A stretch of DNA of 62,911 bases, filler included, from Halocafeteria seosinensis (lineage: Eukaryota): assembly GCA_001687465.1 (NCBI GenBank). It is 5 parts of 5 records of this genome, joined end to end, with 100 filler letters (N's around TTAATTAATTAA, not from the genome) between each part and the next. Parts side by side here need not be neighbours in the genome. Positions count along the whole stretch, not along the records: positions 3,656 to 30,046 come from LVLI01000092.1; 4 more parts are not named here. One strand, 5' to 3'. The notes beneath the pieces were generated by a model, which was not told the origin of the DNA, searched no databases, and worked only from the letters and a program-made list of their open reading frames with translations. The translations under genes and the position numbers were made by a program. Below are positions 11,025 through 25,412 of the stretch, piece by piece; the first letter of the stretch is position 1; every line of letters starts with the position of its first letter.

Positions 11025-12698
11025 ATGAGATTCGGCACAGGAACAAACCCCAATGAAAGCTTTGATGGGCTGGGATACTTTAATGTGGACGTGCCCGAGG
11101 CCACCAACCATCTGCGCCAAAAACCATATCAAACTACGGGAAGTGGTTATAAGGTTTGGAGGATATCGAGGTCGCCCCCACCAGCCCCTTCGTGCTCGCC
11201 TGTGGACGATCCATACAGATATTCGTCTAGCTCTGCCGGGGGTCGGCAATCTGTAGAGAGTAATGGAGCTGAGTGGAGGAGAAATGATTCGGTCAATAGA
11301 CTGCGGTACAGCAGTGGCGACCCGAATTTGGTGAGGTTTGCAGAGTATAATAGGGTAAAAGATGCTTCAGTGTGTGCTAGGGAAAGACCCCAGCAGTACC
11401 AAACACCTCCATGGGACCCCTCGTATACGCGCAGATACCTACAGGAAGCCATGGCGCGGCAGCATCGAGGGAGATGTCGCCGAAGAGACGCTGAACAAGG
11501 CCAACAGCGCTCGAAGTCAGCGTCTGCTGCTAAACGACACGGCAGCATGGTATCTTCCTATGCTCAGGACTATGGGGTGAAAGCGAGGCAAACAGCTCCT
11601 CTGACGAAGAAGTCTACCGAAGCTGCACCCGACAACAAATCCTGGAATCAAGCCCCAGAAGACGACTGGGAAGGAGCTAAACCGTATCCCGTATATGCGA
11701 TGCAACCCGCTGGAAATGAGTCAGACATAGAACCACTTCAGCTCAACCAACTCGAGTCTCTAGAAGATGAAGTCGGAGATAATGAATCTTTTGATGAGTC
11801 AAAGAATCCTCTACAACGAGAACTCGAAGAGCACTGTCGAACTGCTAAACAGCGATTCTTGCATCATTTTTATTCGAACAGTGTCGCACCGCTGTTAGGG
11901 GTGGGCCAACAATTCTTGAGTAGAACGTATCCAGTTAGAGTAACCGAAAGGCAAAAGATGAAGCGGAAGTATCGCCATAAAGGCTACTTGCCAGGAGACT
12001 ACGGCGATGCAGAGGGACCATACACCTCGGAGAGGGAACTCTTTACTTCACAAGACGGAAATTGGATGTCTTTGCACCAGCATAAGTTTAATGCTGCCTC
12101 TGAAACCCAAGCGCGCTATTCAGATCCCTGGAAACTGGCTATGCGGCAATGGCGTTCTGCTGAAATCGAGGAGGACAGGAGTGCACAGCCTGAGTCACAT
12201 TCTCGTAGGGAAGGATGTGACAGCCAGTCCAAAACAAGCCCGGAACTTTCATTATCAAGAGCACAACAAGAATCTTTCACCCCTTCGTCGTCACAGCAAC
12301 GCAGAGTATACCATAACACTCCATCTGCGCGGGCTCGAGACTCAGGTAAGCAAACGAACACTGCAGAGGACAGTTCACTAACGCGCTTTACCCCAGCAGA
12401 GCGCTACTCTCAACATCTTTACAATATCAAGAACAGTCCGCATAGACTGTCCCAATTACACGACCGGCACCGTGATCTCGATGCCAAACGGTCCTTCCTT
12501 AAATGGAGAGATACTCAGATGCGTCAACGGAACACGGCGGAGAAACAATATAAGGGCAAGTTGGAGCAAGTTTCTTCAACGCATGGTCGCTCTTTGAAGA
12601 GAGCACCCGAAGCAAAGCCTAAAGGACATTCCGGAAATACATACCGCGAAGCTCTAGCGAACGCCCTTAGAAATCAGTTACCAGCTGACTATTTCTAA
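11025..12698 (+). CDS. Hypothetical hydrophilic protein (557 aa)
   Basis: Long ATG-initiated ORF, convergent with CCDC61. No family recognised. Confidence 0.7.
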   Translation: MRFGTGTNPNESFDGLGYFNVDVPEATNHLRQKPYQTTGSGYKVWRISRSPPPAPSCSPVDDPYRYSSSSAGGRQSVESNGAEWRRNDSVNRLRYSSGDPNLVRFAEYNRVKDASVCARERPQQYQTPPWDPSYTRRYLQEAMARQHRGRCRRRDAEQGQQRSKSASAAKRHGSMVSSYAQDYGVKARQTAPLTKKSTEAAPDNKSWNQAPEDDWEGAKPYPVYAMQPAGNESDIEPLQLNQLESLEDEVGDNESFDESKNPLQRELEEHCRTAKQRFLHHFYSNSVAPLLGVGQQFLSRTYPVRVTERQKMKRKYRHKGYLPGDYGDAEGPYTSERELFTSQDGNWMSLHQHKFNAASETQARYSDPWKLAMRQWRSAEIEEDRSAQPESHSRREGCDSQSKTSPELSLSRAQQESFTPSSSQQRRVYHNTPSARARDSGKQTNTAEDSSLTRFTPAERYSQHLYNIKNSPHRLSQLHDRHRDLDAKRSFLKWRDTQMRQRNTAEKQYKGKLEQVSSTHGRSLKRAPEAKPKGHSGNTYREALANALRNQLPADYF

Positions 12699-12779
12699 TA
12701 ATACACAGGTAATACCGCATTCGTGGGAACATAGTCGAACATTATTTCTAGTTTGACACGCTTCTCTAAACTATGGTTA

Positions 12780-15682
12780 TCATCCCCTTGAATTTTCCCC
12801 AGACCCAGTTTTCGCAGCCTTCAGGAACTGTTGCAAGGCTTGCAATCGCTTATCAATATCGGAGAGCTCCATCGCAGTGTTGTCATCTCCGTTAGTTTCG
12901 TTCTCATTCTTACTATACTGGTTAACCGGGACGTGGGGGACAGCGCCCGGTCCTCGGTTGTCGAATCCGTATGGTCGCTGGGCCAGGGCGTTGGATCCAC
13001 TGAAGTCCCATTCCATACCCGGAGGTGCAGCGGCGACGGCTGGCACAGTCTCGGTTCTACTGGCAAACTCATCAGCCGCGTAGCCTTGGCTTACCGTATC
13101 TTGCTGCACTCTGTTATTCGACTGAGTGGTGGGGTTCGAGGAAATCCAGGCCTCCCGATGTAACTCCGGGGGACCTGTAAGGGGTGGTTTGGACTGGTCG
13201 GCGCCTGAGTAGTCACCAGATTCAAGTTCGAGTTGCGCAACAGATCCATCAGAGTCGGACTGACCGCTGTAAGGTCTACCGTACTGGTCCGCTTTGGATT
13301 GACTGGTCTGATTCAATACACTAACGTGCTTGCTGGGGGTATCTGTCTCTGTGGTTGCAAGCCTCGAGCCATCTCTCCTGCTCATCGGTCTTGTTTGTTT
13401 CTGGCTTCGGTCTAAATTACTGCCTGAGCTCCTGCTAGAGCCTCTGGAATGACGAGAGCCAACGGAAGCGGGACTAGCCGTTCTATTTGAGGACTGCCGC
13501 TTACCGTTCTGTTTGGACTCAAAGCGGTTTTTTCGTTCTCGAACGTAAGCAGTTGGGTTAAATCCGCGTCCGCTTCGAGACTTACTGCTCTGTTTCGTAC
13601 CGCTCACCTTACTTCTTTGAGAATTTCGGCTACGGACACTGGTATCACTATCCGATTGGGCCCCGGCAGACGCACCGCGACTCCCTCCTGATCCAGTTGA
13701 CCTTGGTGAGGTATCTCCACTCGCCCACGGGCGGGGATATTTGCGCTTGACACGGTTCGGATCTATTACTGGTGATGGCGTCCTCGATTTGTTCTTCGCA
13801 GCCATACGTTGGTTTCCACGAGATTTCGCAGCGTTGTAAACTGCTGAAGTGCTCTGTTTTGTAGGACGAGACTGCTGCCCGGTAGGTTTAGGACTCGGTC
13901 CTCGAGATTGAGCATGTGGGCGACCCGCTGATCCCAGACTTCGTGTTCTACGCGGGCCAGGCTGACTGCGTTGAGGGTTTGAAGTGTTTCTCGGGGACCT
14001 CTTTGCGGCATATACATTCCTTGTCATTGCGTTACGGTATCTCGGGGAGTTCTTGTTAGCCGGAGAGTTGGCCGGTCGCGTGTTAGTGGTTGTAGAGGAA
14101 GGAGCTTTGGGACGAATCCCATGGACTGCCAGTTGTTTCGTTAAGTCACGGACCCGCTGTCTGAGGTTGTTGTTAGTGTCCTTCAGCGTATCGATCGTTT
14201 CGGCAGCACGTTCTTCAGCCTTCTGCTCAGCCTCCTCAGCATATTTGTTGGCTGCGGCGACACTATCCTGCAGGTTACCGATTTCTTTGCGAAGGCGTCT
14301 AACCTCGCTCCTTGAAGCTGTGCGCAATCGTTCTAATGTCGACTCGGCTTTTCTTCGCCCGACTTCGGCTTCCTCTGCCCGCTGTTGCATTTCGCGAGCA
14401 TTCGATTGAGAACTCGCTAAATCATTTTTCAACCTTTGTATTGTGTCCTGCAGATTATCATTTTCTCTTTGGAGTTTGGGCACCAGACTAGCATTGAACT
14501 CATTATTGAGATCCGAGGAAGAATTTCTATCTGATGACTGCTTTTGTTGATGCGTTGTTTGATCTGCCAACTTGCGAAGTTGGTATATTTCACCGCGCAG
14601 TCTTCTTATCGTTCGTTGGAAACACTCGGTGGGAGGATCCTCTTGAAACGCCAAAGGTAAAGGATAGTGGACACGGTCGAATTCGGCCGCATATGTCAGA
14701 ATCAGGTAGCGCTTATTGCTGTTTCGCATATTGGCTGAGGAAGATGCACCTGGGGATAGCGTTGATCGCCCCGGAGAAGCGCCACTGTCTGTCTTCATCG
14801 CCCGACTAGCTGCGCGACGCTGCTTTAGCATTTCCTGAAGTAGTAGCCAAATATTGAAGAAGACAGCGTAAGTCCGAAACAAATGAAGCAGTCCAACAGA
14901 CAGTGACTTACCAAGTCCGCAAACGTTAACAGATCAATGAAAACACTGTCAGATTGCTGGGCTAGTGCGGCCGTTAGCATCTTTACGAGTACACTGAAGC
15001 GCTTAAAATTTCCAGTCTTGTGTGTAATGTCTTCAATATCTGCAGACGCACCAGAGGAAGGCAAAGGTGGAAAGGGCCATTTCAGGGGAAGCTAGCGGAC
15101 CTTAACATACATTGTGCAGGGAAATGCCCAAGCCATCGATTATCCGTTCCCTCCTGCTCCAGATCCACTGTAAGTTGTTGTTCGTAATCGGTAACAATTG
15201 TGATCATATATTCTACCCTGCATGTTCGGTACAGCAACGTTAATACAGGCTAGGGACCTTGCCAACGAGGTAATTTGAAGCCCAACTTACCCGTGGAAAG
15301 TGACATGGAAGACCTGTTGGGAGCCAATGCACATGCATACACATTACTGAATTGCAACATCGTTCTCATGGTAGTATACAGCAGGACTTACCTCCTCCGA
15401 AAGAGGCTGTTGAGGCTGTTGTTGTGGCGGGGCAGCCTCTTTATTTGTACGATACTGTTTCTGGTGGCTCTTGGGGGCATCTCCTGGGGCCGCGTTTTCA
15501 TCATTCATGGCCGGTGTAAAGCCCGTGTGGTTGTCGTGCTCTGCAGATGGTCTCCTGCCTCCATACTGGTGGGATGGAGAGTCCTGTTGATGTTGTTGTC
15601 GCATCATCATCTTGGACTTGGTGGAATTGGTAAAGCTAAACGAGGGCGAGGGGATGGGCCCTTGATCTTGCATGATGATCAA
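12780..15682 (-). CDS. CCDC61: Coiled-coil domain-containing protein 61 / VFL3 (basal body protein), multi-exon
   Basis: Exons encode IEDITHKTGNFKRF, SDSVFIDLLTFADL and KRYLILTYAAEFDRVHYPLPL, then a coiled coil and C-terminal DIDKRLQALQQFLK. The 5' exon boundary is inferred. Confidence 0.9.
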
Positions 15683-16444
15683 TCCTCGTCGAATGAACCA
15701 AGATATACAGTGTTAGCCGGGGAATATAATGTGCATGCGAGATTTCAAAAATTTGGAACCACAATCAATCTGTAAAGGTCGTAAAAGTTTACGGTAAAAC
15801 TGCTCCGTACGACCCCCCTTTTTCAAATTAACGGCTACAACCCCAAAGCAAAGTGAAGTGGACCATGGTCCATCACTGGTCTTCAGGTCAGGCAACTTGT
15901 TGTTTCCACCTCACTCAGTGCTGGGAGAGTAAGAACACTCTAGTGAATGGGATGGGTTGTAGATGGTGTTCGTCAAGGTATTTGGTGCTTCAGTTCGATC
16001 TCGGCAACGGCGACAAATAGGAAGGTGAATAATTCACCGTGAATTCGTGTTCACTATGTGTGGATGAACCTCGCCATTTGAACAAGCTAGGTTCTTGGAA
16101 ATCACACAATGTGCATTTTTGCCAGCATAGCAGAAGTTACTACTGGTAGGACAAAATAGTTCCCAATGATTCCTGCTAGCTATGGCTGCTGGATAAGAAT
16201 ACCATATGATCGTGCATGTATGTGTGTCCATCTGCTCATTGCCTTCGACAACATCCATCACTTCATGCCGAGAATCTCAATTGGCTACTGCACCGTAGCA
16301 ATCAATTATTACTGTTGTAGCAATACAACCATGTTCAAGTTTAGTGCCGAGTGTCGTACACACTGCACTGACGCCGACAGTCTGATGCGGTCTCAAGAGT
16401 TTGTTGTTAGTGCTGCCTTCTCCTGTTTTCTTCTGCCTGAAAAA

Positions 16445-17248
16445 ATGAATAACATGTTGTGTCGATGGTCGAATGCCTTCTTGGCCAGGAGAGGAATCGT
16501 AGACTGGTGTCTGCGACCGTACTCGACAAGCCCATACAAGGCGTCTACACTGTTGGTGTCGAATCTACCATGGGATACAGACAAAGAGGAGCTCCAGTCG
16601 AGGATAGGGGCAGTCCTTGGAAACGAGATTGTCCCTCGAAATACTCGAATATGCTATGAAAATGCCCAAAGTTTGGGCTTCGGGTACGTCATGGATGGAT
16701 ATTGACGTCTCTGTTAATAGTACATGCACACAGAGTTTCCCTCTTTCGCTTCGATGCAATGCAGGACGGTGGAATTCGATAGTGAGAAGGAAGCACAAGA
16801 CGCTCGACAGAAATTACACGACAGGGAAGTCGTGCCCGGAAGACCACTGTTGGTCTCCACCGTGGACGAGGAAGCACCGAAGCATAGTATACTCAGAAGT
16901 GGAGAGGGTTCGATTGCGTCTCCCACGAAAGGGGATAAAAGGAAAAAGACACGAGAACCCCGCCCGAAGAAACATGTTACCTCATATGTTCTGGTGGAGA
17001 ATGTACCCACGGGAATGGGCTGGAAGGACCTGAAGTCCATATTTCGGGAGCATTCTCCGAAATTTGCAGAATTCCTCGCTAGCGATAAAGCTCTTGTAAG
17101 TTTGTTTGGTACGCAAGAAGCACGAACGGCGGTGGAAAAGCTAAATCGTTCTGAGCATTTTGGTATGGAATTAAGCTTGAAGGAACTACCGCGGGATTCC
17201 TTGGGCCGACCGATTATCCCCTCAAAGAAGCGATCCCAGAAGACCTAG
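16445..17248 (+). CDS. Two-RRM RNA-binding protein (GBP2/SR-like RRMs)
   Basis: RNP2 LLVSNL. Intron 16684-16764 reconstitutes RNP1 SLGFGTVEF. Second RRM reads VLVENVP...WKDLK. Confidence 0.8.
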
Positions 17249-18599
17249 AGGAAGTGTACACCAGATAAGTCTACGCGGATGGATATGCCTTACAAGTGTA
17301 GTGTCATGTTTTTAGGAACAGGGATTCTCCCTTGGATCAAATGCTTGCGATTCCTGCGAAGAAGCAAGCAGCATGAAAACACACATGCCTCCTTCCGTTT
17401 ATGAAAGCGAGTATCCCTATGTCATTGAGAGGCATGTATATGCACTGTGTGGCATGGGCAATCCGAAATGGCACCACATGCGCTGGCGACTCTACAGGTG
17501 TGCTACTGCGCGGAATGTTCGCAGGTTTTTAAGTTCCTGGGCACGCTTGAGTACGTTCCTAGATTAGTGTCATCTCATTTCGCTGCAGACTTCGCATCCA
17601 AGGGGTTCACACATTTGCAAGGCGAGGGAAATGTTTCGTGCAAGTCACATTGTGGGAATGAGCGGTTGGCTGATGCTGAAAATCCAGCTCTGATGTCGGT
17701 TTTGTGGTAGTTGCTTGTGGGGAGCGCATAGCATGCATATGATCATATCAGCATCGGCTCAAAGGATATAGCTTTGTACATCGGTGTTGCCTTGCTTCTT
17801 TTTCTCTGTGGAACATGATCGAGGCCGGTGTGACTCAGCATGGTATCATCAATATTTGTGAAGCAGCCCCCAAGTACCGCCTGGCTTAAGTAGATTACTA
17901 AAGAAGAACTGATTTGAAAAGCTAGAGCCTTCGTCTTCGACGAGAACTGTTTGCGAACCTGCGAATTTAGCCAATTGAGCTTTACTTTGCGATATTACTT
18001 GTCAAGTAAGAGTTAACTTTCGAGGTAAGTGATGCACTTTTTGCCGAATCAGACAGCAGTGTGCTACATGGAGCATTGTTCGTCGAATCGAACCTCTTGT
18101 ACAACGCTTCGTTGTATGGTTCTAGAGGCGGTGTTTAGAGTGTAGTGAAAAGGTGGATTGAAATGGGTTGATACACCTTCTATTGTTTAGCTAAATGGGC
18201 CGTCAAATTGGAGGATGTTGTTTGTAACTAAATGAGTGAGATGTCGCACGAGGCATTTGCTTCGCGAGTGATGACTCACTGGTTAGTCATTTTGTGTCAC
18301 ATTGGTGTTCTCGCTAAGCAAGTGAGGGGATACCATCGGAATAGGCTAAGTCCAGGATGGTTGGCTTTCTTGGTTTAATTGATATTTATACCTGATGATC
18401 GTTGCGGAAGGACAGCAATTGGGCTGGGTGCGTCCCCAGTTTGCGGAGTGTGAAGAACGAGGGAGTGACGTGTACGGAACATTCGATCCGAAATATTCGT
18501 ATTCCACCATCTGTTATCCCTCGTTCCATGATAAGAAGTACATAATCCTGTCATCTTTAACATTATAATTATATATATATCGTCGTTCTGTGTGTGCAG

Positions 18600-20309
18600 A
18601 TGTCGTCCTCTCATTTTTCCAATAACACCGTTGAGGTGTCCGCACCCAACGTGAGCTATACGGATCAGCATATCGAAGCCGAATATGTCTACGAAACAAC
18701 GGATGTGCAAATTCAAAATGACAAAGTCATTGCGTCTCCACTGAAAGAAAAGTTCCATTTCAAGACCGAACGAAAAGTTCCTCGCACTGGGGTTATGATC
18801 GTTGGGCTCGGTGGTAACAACGGGACTACTTTTACTGCCAGCATTCTGGCCAATCGGAAAAACATTGAATGGCGTGACCGACATGGAGTCAGAAAGCCAA
18901 ATTATCTTGGCTCTGTTACTCATGCATCCACTGTTCGTTTAGGGGCTCAGCAGGGACGAGATGTGTATGTGCCAATGAACAAGCTTCTACCAATGGTTCA
19001 TCCCAACGATTTCGTTATCGGCGGCTGGGATATTTCCTCGCTGAACTTGGGTGATGCCACAGCCCGCGCCGAGGTGTTACCTTACGATCTCCAGCGACAA
19101 TTGTACGATGACTTGAAAAAGATTCAGCCGCTCAAGTCCATTTACAGTAAGGACTTCATCGCCGAGAATCAGGAAGAACGGGCGGATAACGTACTCCACG
19201 GTACAAAACAAGAACTAGTCGACCAAATCCGGCAGCAGATTCGCGATTTCAAAGCTCAAAACAATCTTGACAAGGTCGTCATCGTTTGGTCTGCAAACAC
19301 TGAACGATATTCCGAAGTTCGCGAGGGATTGAATATGACATCAGAGCAGCTACTGAAGTCGATCAAGAATGATGCTTCCGAGGTCTCTCCGAGCACTATG
19401 TTCGCCGTTGCTTCCATCTTAGAAGGATGCACCTATATCAACGGCTCTCCCCAGAATACGTTTGTCCCCGGTGTATTGCAACTCGCCGAAGAGAAAGGTG
19501 CTTTCATTGCTGGCGACGATTTCAAGAGCGGCCAGACGAAGATGAAGTCCGTGTTGACTGACTTCCTCGTTTCTGCCGGCCTCAAGCCTGTGTCGATCGT
19601 GTCGTACAATCACCTGGGGAACAATGACGGAAAGAACTTGTCTTCGCCGAAACAATTCCGTTCGAAGGAAATTTCGAAGTCCAACGTCGTCGACGATATG
19701 GTCGCTTCTAATCGTATGATGTTCAAAGAGAATGAACATCCGGACCATTGTGTTGTGATCAAGTACGTTCCCTACGTTGGTGACTCGAAGCGTGCGATGG
19801 ATGAGTACACCTCTGAGATTTTCATGAACGGTACTAACACGATTGCTATGCATAATACTTGCGAGGACTCTCTTTTGGCTGCTCCTTTAATCATTGACTT
19901 GGTTGTACTCGGAGAATTGTGCGAACGGATTCAAATTAAGAAGGAGGGCGAAGAAGAATATAGCCGTTTCCACAGCGTTTTGAGTATTCTTTCATACTTA
20001 CTGAAGGCTCCCATGACCCCTCCAGGAACACCCGTTGTAAATGCCCTATTCAAGCAACGAGAAGCTGTAATCAATATTTTGCGCGCGTGCATTGGACTTC
20101 CGGCGGAGAATCATATGATGTTGGAACACCGCATCGCCACAGCGGGTAAAACTGCTGCTGGCGGCATTCCTGTGGATACTCGTGGAGGTTTTGATATCGT
20201 GGCCGGCACGACTACGGATAAAGCAGCAAACGGTACGAATACTGCCAATCCTACTGCTGCATCTGTGGATGAAGATTCCCCCGAAGAAGAGGGTCCACGA
20301 ACTGTTTAG
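18600..20309 (+). CDS. INO1: Myo-inositol-1-phosphate synthase
   Basis: Motifs [48 protein letters not shown] and [10 protein letters not shown]. Confidence 0.97.
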   Translation: MSSSHFSNNTVEVSAPNVSYTDQHIEAEYVYETTDVQIQNDKVIASPLKEKFHFKTERKVPRTGVMIVGLGGNNGTTFTASILANRKNIEWRDRHGVRKPNYLGSVTHASTVRLGAQQGRDVYVPMNKLLPMVHPNDFVIGGWDISSLNLGDATARAEVLPYDLQRQLYDDLKKIQPLKSIYSKDFIAENQEERADNVLHGTKQELVDQIRQQIRDFKAQNNLDKVVIVWSANTERYSEVREGLNMTSEQLLKSIKNDASEVSPSTMFAVASILEGCTYINGSPQNTFVPGVLQLAEEKGAFIAGDDFKSGQTKMKSVLTDFLVSAGLKPVSIVSYNHLGNNDGKNLSSPKQFRSKEISKSNVVDDMVASNRMMFKENEHPDHCVVIKYVPYVGDSKRAMDEYTSEIFMNGTNTIAMHNTCEDSLLAAPLIIDLVVLGELCERIQIKKEGEEEYSRFHSVLSILSYLLKAPMTPPGTPVVNALFKQREAVINILRACIGLPAENHMMLEHRIATAGKTAAGGIPVDTRGGFDIVAGTTTDKAANGTNTANPTAASVDEDSPEEEGPRTV

Positions 20310-20434
20310 ATGTATTGTGGATTGTGCTTGGTATAATAGGGTGTGTTCGGTTAAACAGTTATTAATACACAAGTACGACTGATGTAGCAGAAGTAGTGTT
20401 AGGTGTATTTGGATGTTGCTTCAGTAGTGTGATC

Positions 20435-23236
20435 TTAGGTTTGGAGAGGCTGCACATGCATCCCTGTTTTAGACAGTTCTTGAGCCTCTTCATTTATCGA
20501 TTCGAGTGATGCCGGTTCAATGCATTGTTGTGCATCGGAGACTAAAACAACAGATTCTGCGGCGGCCCTGGGCAGTTTGATTGAGTCGGATTCTGCAATA
20601 CGACCACCATCTTCGGGCGGCTTAGCATCATGTTCCATACACAGACTGCTTTTGTCAACCACAACAGAAACCGCAACTTCAAATGTACCGATCTCGGGGA
20701 GCAGAGATGGAAATCCTTGACCAGCGTCCCAAATCTGAGGACACAACATATCTGGATCGAGTTCCACGCGAAACCAATGGAAGGGCCATCCAATAGCGAA
20801 ATGAGCCTGAGGATCACCTTCGTGCATTATATCGTTGTCATACCAGATGCCAAGAACACTCGGCTCTACCGTTTCAGATTCAACGTGGCTCTTTGCCCTC
20901 AGATGATCTTGACTAGGCGCTCCATCCTTTTCCCAAGACCCGCTGTAGAGTAACGTAGAGGATTCACTTGCTAGGTCGCGGAAATATAGCCTAAAATACA
21001 ACTTAACAGATTCGGTGGCCATTTGCTTTCCAGATATAGCGTATCCTGAAACACCGAACGACATTCGCCATTGCAAACTGTGCTTAACCTGGGAGGCAGA
21101 TTCTTCAGAAGGAACGCAAGTAGAACTGGCCGTCAACGTAAATTCCTTAGTTATATCATCCTCGTTCGAGTTCAAAAACATGTTTTCGTTACATGCAAAC
21201 ACAGGGGAGTGTCTCCGTTGTGGTTCAAACAGTTTGCTCACAGTGAAAACCTGGTCAGTAGGAAGTATTTTACACCCCTTGGTCCTAGCGGCACTTTGAA
21301 GGCGCAGCATGTCGGTAGTTTCGATAAAATCACACTCCCAAAGGTTTTCGAATTTCGTCAACGGACGGAGGCTGTCGTTATCGCTATCCACATCGTCCCG
21401 GAACATGAAATCACCTGAGACGCCGTCGCCCGTTACATGTACAAGTGTTGGGTGTCTGATCGCGGATGTAACTAGTTGAGGAGACCAATCCGATTCAAAG
21501 GCATTGTTCCTAAGATCCAGAACTCTAAGGCCACAAGTTTTTGAGTCAAGTGGCGGGCCATGGCTTTGACGATCCAACTGAGTTATCAATGAATCAAGTC
21601 CTTTATCCGCAATCTCATTGTAGCGCAAATCCACGCGTTTCAGCGTTATGTGGGCACAGAGTGCAGTAAACAGCAGATCGGCAAACGCATCCTGTAGGGA
21701 GCAACCGCGAAGATCTAATGACTGGAGGCTGAGCAGCCGACAGTCTTCTGTTTTGCTTCTCAACATGGAGTAGCCTAGGGCTTTTATGAGGTGTCGAACG
21801 CCTTTCCAGCCCATGTACGTAAAGCTCAGATCTAGATGAGCCAAGGATCGCATACAACGCACCCACTGGACTCCTGATACAGAGGCTGAGGTTTGCTGAG
21901 GCTTTGATCCCGCTTTGGATTTGCTTACTCTCGACTCTTGTTGTGTCTTCGTCTTCGAATCCTGGGTCTTTGTCTTCGATTCCTGGGTTTCTTGCTCCAC
22001 TTCAGGATTCAAGAGTACCCTAAAACCTAGAGAACTGATACGAGAGCCTCTCAGAGAAAGGCTCTTCAAGCACGTCAATGAACATAGAGAGTCACACAGA
22101 TGTCTGGAGCTTCCCTGCCTGGTATTGTGTTTTCCATGTTTGCTCTTGGTTTTGGTTGATCCTTGTTGTTTAGAGCTTTGGTTTTGTCCCTTTTTCGCCC
22201 CTTTCCTTGGTTTCTCTTGCTCGGCTTGTCCCTGTGCAGTATTTTGGCTCTCGAGCAATGCATCCTCCCCAAAGTCGTCACATATAGAGATTCCTAAATG
22301 TTGTAGATGTGTACATTTCTTAAGAGCTGTTACCACGATCCCCAAGCCTTCTAAGAATCCCTCTGGAATGCCTTCCGGAGGTACTGAAAAGCTGTACCCG
22401 TTGAACCAATTTCCCGATACATCCAAGCTTCGGAGCTGTGGCAGGCGGGGTAGCCATTGTGACAGTGTCTTTGCTGTGGTTTTCCCCAAAGCCGCATTAT
22501 CCGCTAACCTTATATATTTCACCTGTGGATACCGTGATAAAATCTCACCTGTACATCAACCACCGATAGTAGAGACCTTAGTTCATTCAAGTCTTCACAT
22601 GTTGTTGCTCGTGTCTCAATTCTACTCACATAGCTTTGGTAAGTCCTCATCAGCCAGATAATTTGAATTCGACAGGTCTATACCCTCGATGCCCGGAACG
22701 TTAAGACAAGCCTCTACAGTGGCGGGGATATCTCGAACTTGTTCGAGCTTATCACCCGTTAAATCAAGTACGTGCGGTCCAGCTGGATGAACGGAATCCT
22801 TGTATGGTGCAGTTATTTCCTCAAACACGTCTGCTTTGAAATTGCGGATGGATAACGGCGTCCTAACGGGCCCCGTCTTCTGTGTGTCGTCAGCATTCTC
22901 TTTATACGGATGTCCCAGTTGCGAGATCTTGTTTCGTAGTTCATAATTCTCTTCTTCCAACTTTGCCAAGTCATGGTCTTTTGCCATCACCTTCATGTGC
23001 ATCAATCGCTTCTCCTTCTCCAGCAACTCCTGGAGCTGAGATACCAAAGTGGCTCGCTCCTTTGACGTCGTGTCGCTGCTCCCATACTGGTTCAACAGGG
23101 TCGATGCGGCATCTTCACAGTGTTTAGGTTCCGTTGGAACTTCCTTAGTCTGCGTATGTGCGTCCGTATCGGTCGTTTGGGTCCGAGTGGTGGCATCTTG
23201 AAGCTGCGACGACCAAGTCCCTTCTCCCCCTTCCAT
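20435..23236 (-). CDS. Leucine-rich repeat protein (RI-like LRRs) with N-terminal coiled coil, spliced
   Basis: Repeated LxxLDLxxN units such as LRSLDVSGN, LKRVDLRYN and LRVLDLRNN. ORFs 22622-23236 and 20435-22522 are joined by a GT-AG intron. Confidence 0.8.
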
Positions 23237-23574
23237 TTTCCACTCAATTTTCTATACTACCTCCAAGCGAAAAAAATACCACCAACTGCATCGATTAGGG
23301 TCCGAACGAGCAAAACGTTGCTCTTAGTGGTGTCATTCGCTTGTCACTCCCAAGTTGAAGTTGAAGTTGGGAAACAGACTGCCTCTCTGGCCTTTATTAG
23401 GGTTGTATTGGGTAGGATTTGATGGTTGTTGTTTGTTGTTCCTTTTTGTCTGTACCAAAGAAGATCAATCACACAGTAGAGGTAGATATGAAGGAGCTAT
23501 ACAGTTCTCGAGATCGCTGTTGAGCTTCAGAGTGAGATGTTGTAAACTAGGTATACAAGTTGTACAAGGTTAGG

Positions 23575-25412
23575 ATGGAAACTAGCGAAAACGGAAGAAC
23601 TGAGGACCGCAAGTGTGGTTGCCGGTCAGGCACACGGGCCGTGATTTTCGCCGCGTTGGTTGCCGTGGCGATTTGCGTCAGCGTTTCCTTGACGATCGGA
23701 GGATGGCCAGCCTTGATAGCGACGATGCTGGCTCTAATCTACACGAGTTATCTGTAGGTTTGATGTGAAACTTCTCTCATTCACATGTACATCGTGACAT
23801 CCTCTCTATCTCTATTTCCCTCTGTTTCTATGTGAATGCAGTGTAGCAAGTTTATTGTATGTACCTTCCAAAGCAGTTTTGAAGTATTTCGACATTCGGG
23901 TCCAACAACACCAGCGAACAGGACCAAGTGGGATCGAAGAAGTACAACGCCAGAATGGGGCAAGAGCACCTGACGAAGAGATTGAAATCGTTTCGAATTC
24001 GCAGTCAAGAGGTGAAGCAGAAAAGGGGGCGCGTTGGGAGAGGAAGAGACGATTGATCATTACGGACGTCGTAGTAGCGATAATGTTTCTTGTACTGCTG
24101 ATAATTGCCATACACGCGGTATCAGCGGGGCAAGACATGTCAGGCACAGAACCCCACCCCTATATAGAATTTGGATATGGGGCGCTTGTGTTTCTTGGTC
24201 TCGTGGCATTCTACTTAGTCGCCTTGGACCTAATCTATGGCGCGTACTGTGGAGTGTTTTGGTGTTGGCAGCGGTGTAGGATTCCTTCTCCAGAGGACAG
24301 AAAGTTGTCTAGCCCGGAACGGAAGCGACGTATTGTATTCCTTCTCGTCAAGCCCTTAGCAGTTCTACTCCTTGGTGTGTTGCTAACAACTGCTAGTTTC
24401 ATTCAGGGAGACCGACGGCCTGTCACCCGAGAACTATCCCACTCCTTTAGCACATTTCCTTCTGCCATGAATGAGCTCAGGTTGGTACACCTTAGTGACC
24501 TTCATGTTGGGCCGACAGTTGGAAAATCGAATATTCAGTCTATCGTGAATCAGGTCAACAAGTTAAATCCTGACGTTGTCGTCATTACGGGCGATTTGCT
24601 AGATGGAAACATTGATAGGTTTCGAGAAGTTATCCAGCCTCTCCGTGACTTTCGGACTACACGAGGTGTTTATATGTGTACTGGTAACCATGAATATAGG
24701 GTAAGCCTGGACGAAGTGGACGAATGGATGGATGAGCTGCGGGAACTGAACGTTTGGCCTCTCCGCAACGAACGAGTCACGCTGTTTGCTCACAGTAATC
24801 TTTCTTACTCGAATGTCAACGGTGTCACGTTGTTTCCCCCTTCTCGGCGCTTGTCAGAGACTGACAAAACTTTGCTAAGGTCTCTAGGCCTAGGTCAGTC
24901 CAATATAACCTGGCCAGAGACGCGGTTTCCTACGGAAGAAATGCTCAATCATCTTCATTCCATGGAAGGTTTTTATCTATCTGGTATAGAGGACTACGTG
25001 AGGCGCGTCGGAAGCGGTGGTGTGAATACAGATCCTGTTTTGGCGTTCGGTAACCGTCTCGAAAATAGGACTATCGTAGGACTGGCACATCAACCTCTTC
25101 ATATTCCCATTGTTGCCAAATTTCAGGTCGATCTGGTTCTCTCGGGTCATACTCATGGTGGACAAGTATGGCCTGTGCATCTTGGCACAAAGCTGGCGAA
25201 TCCATACTTGTAAGTGTTTGTTCTGTTTGAGTTGTGTATGCGCAATCGACGATATTGTGATCGCTTGCGCTCTTGGTTCCAGCCGGGGACTCTCTCAGCA
25301 CAATCCACGCACAGAGATATACGTAAGTGGCGGGACCAACCAGTGGGGTCCTCGTGCCAGACTGGGAAGTAGCCGCGAAATTGCGGTTCATCTACTATCA
25401 AATGTGGGTTAA
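23575..25412 (+). CDS. Membrane-anchored calcineurin-like metallophosphoesterase (TMPPE/YkuE-like), spliced
   Basis: N-terminal TM helices. Motifs SDLH, TGDLLD, GNHE, LAHQP and SGHTHGGQ, with C-terminal YVSGG...WGP..R...EI. Confidence 0.9.
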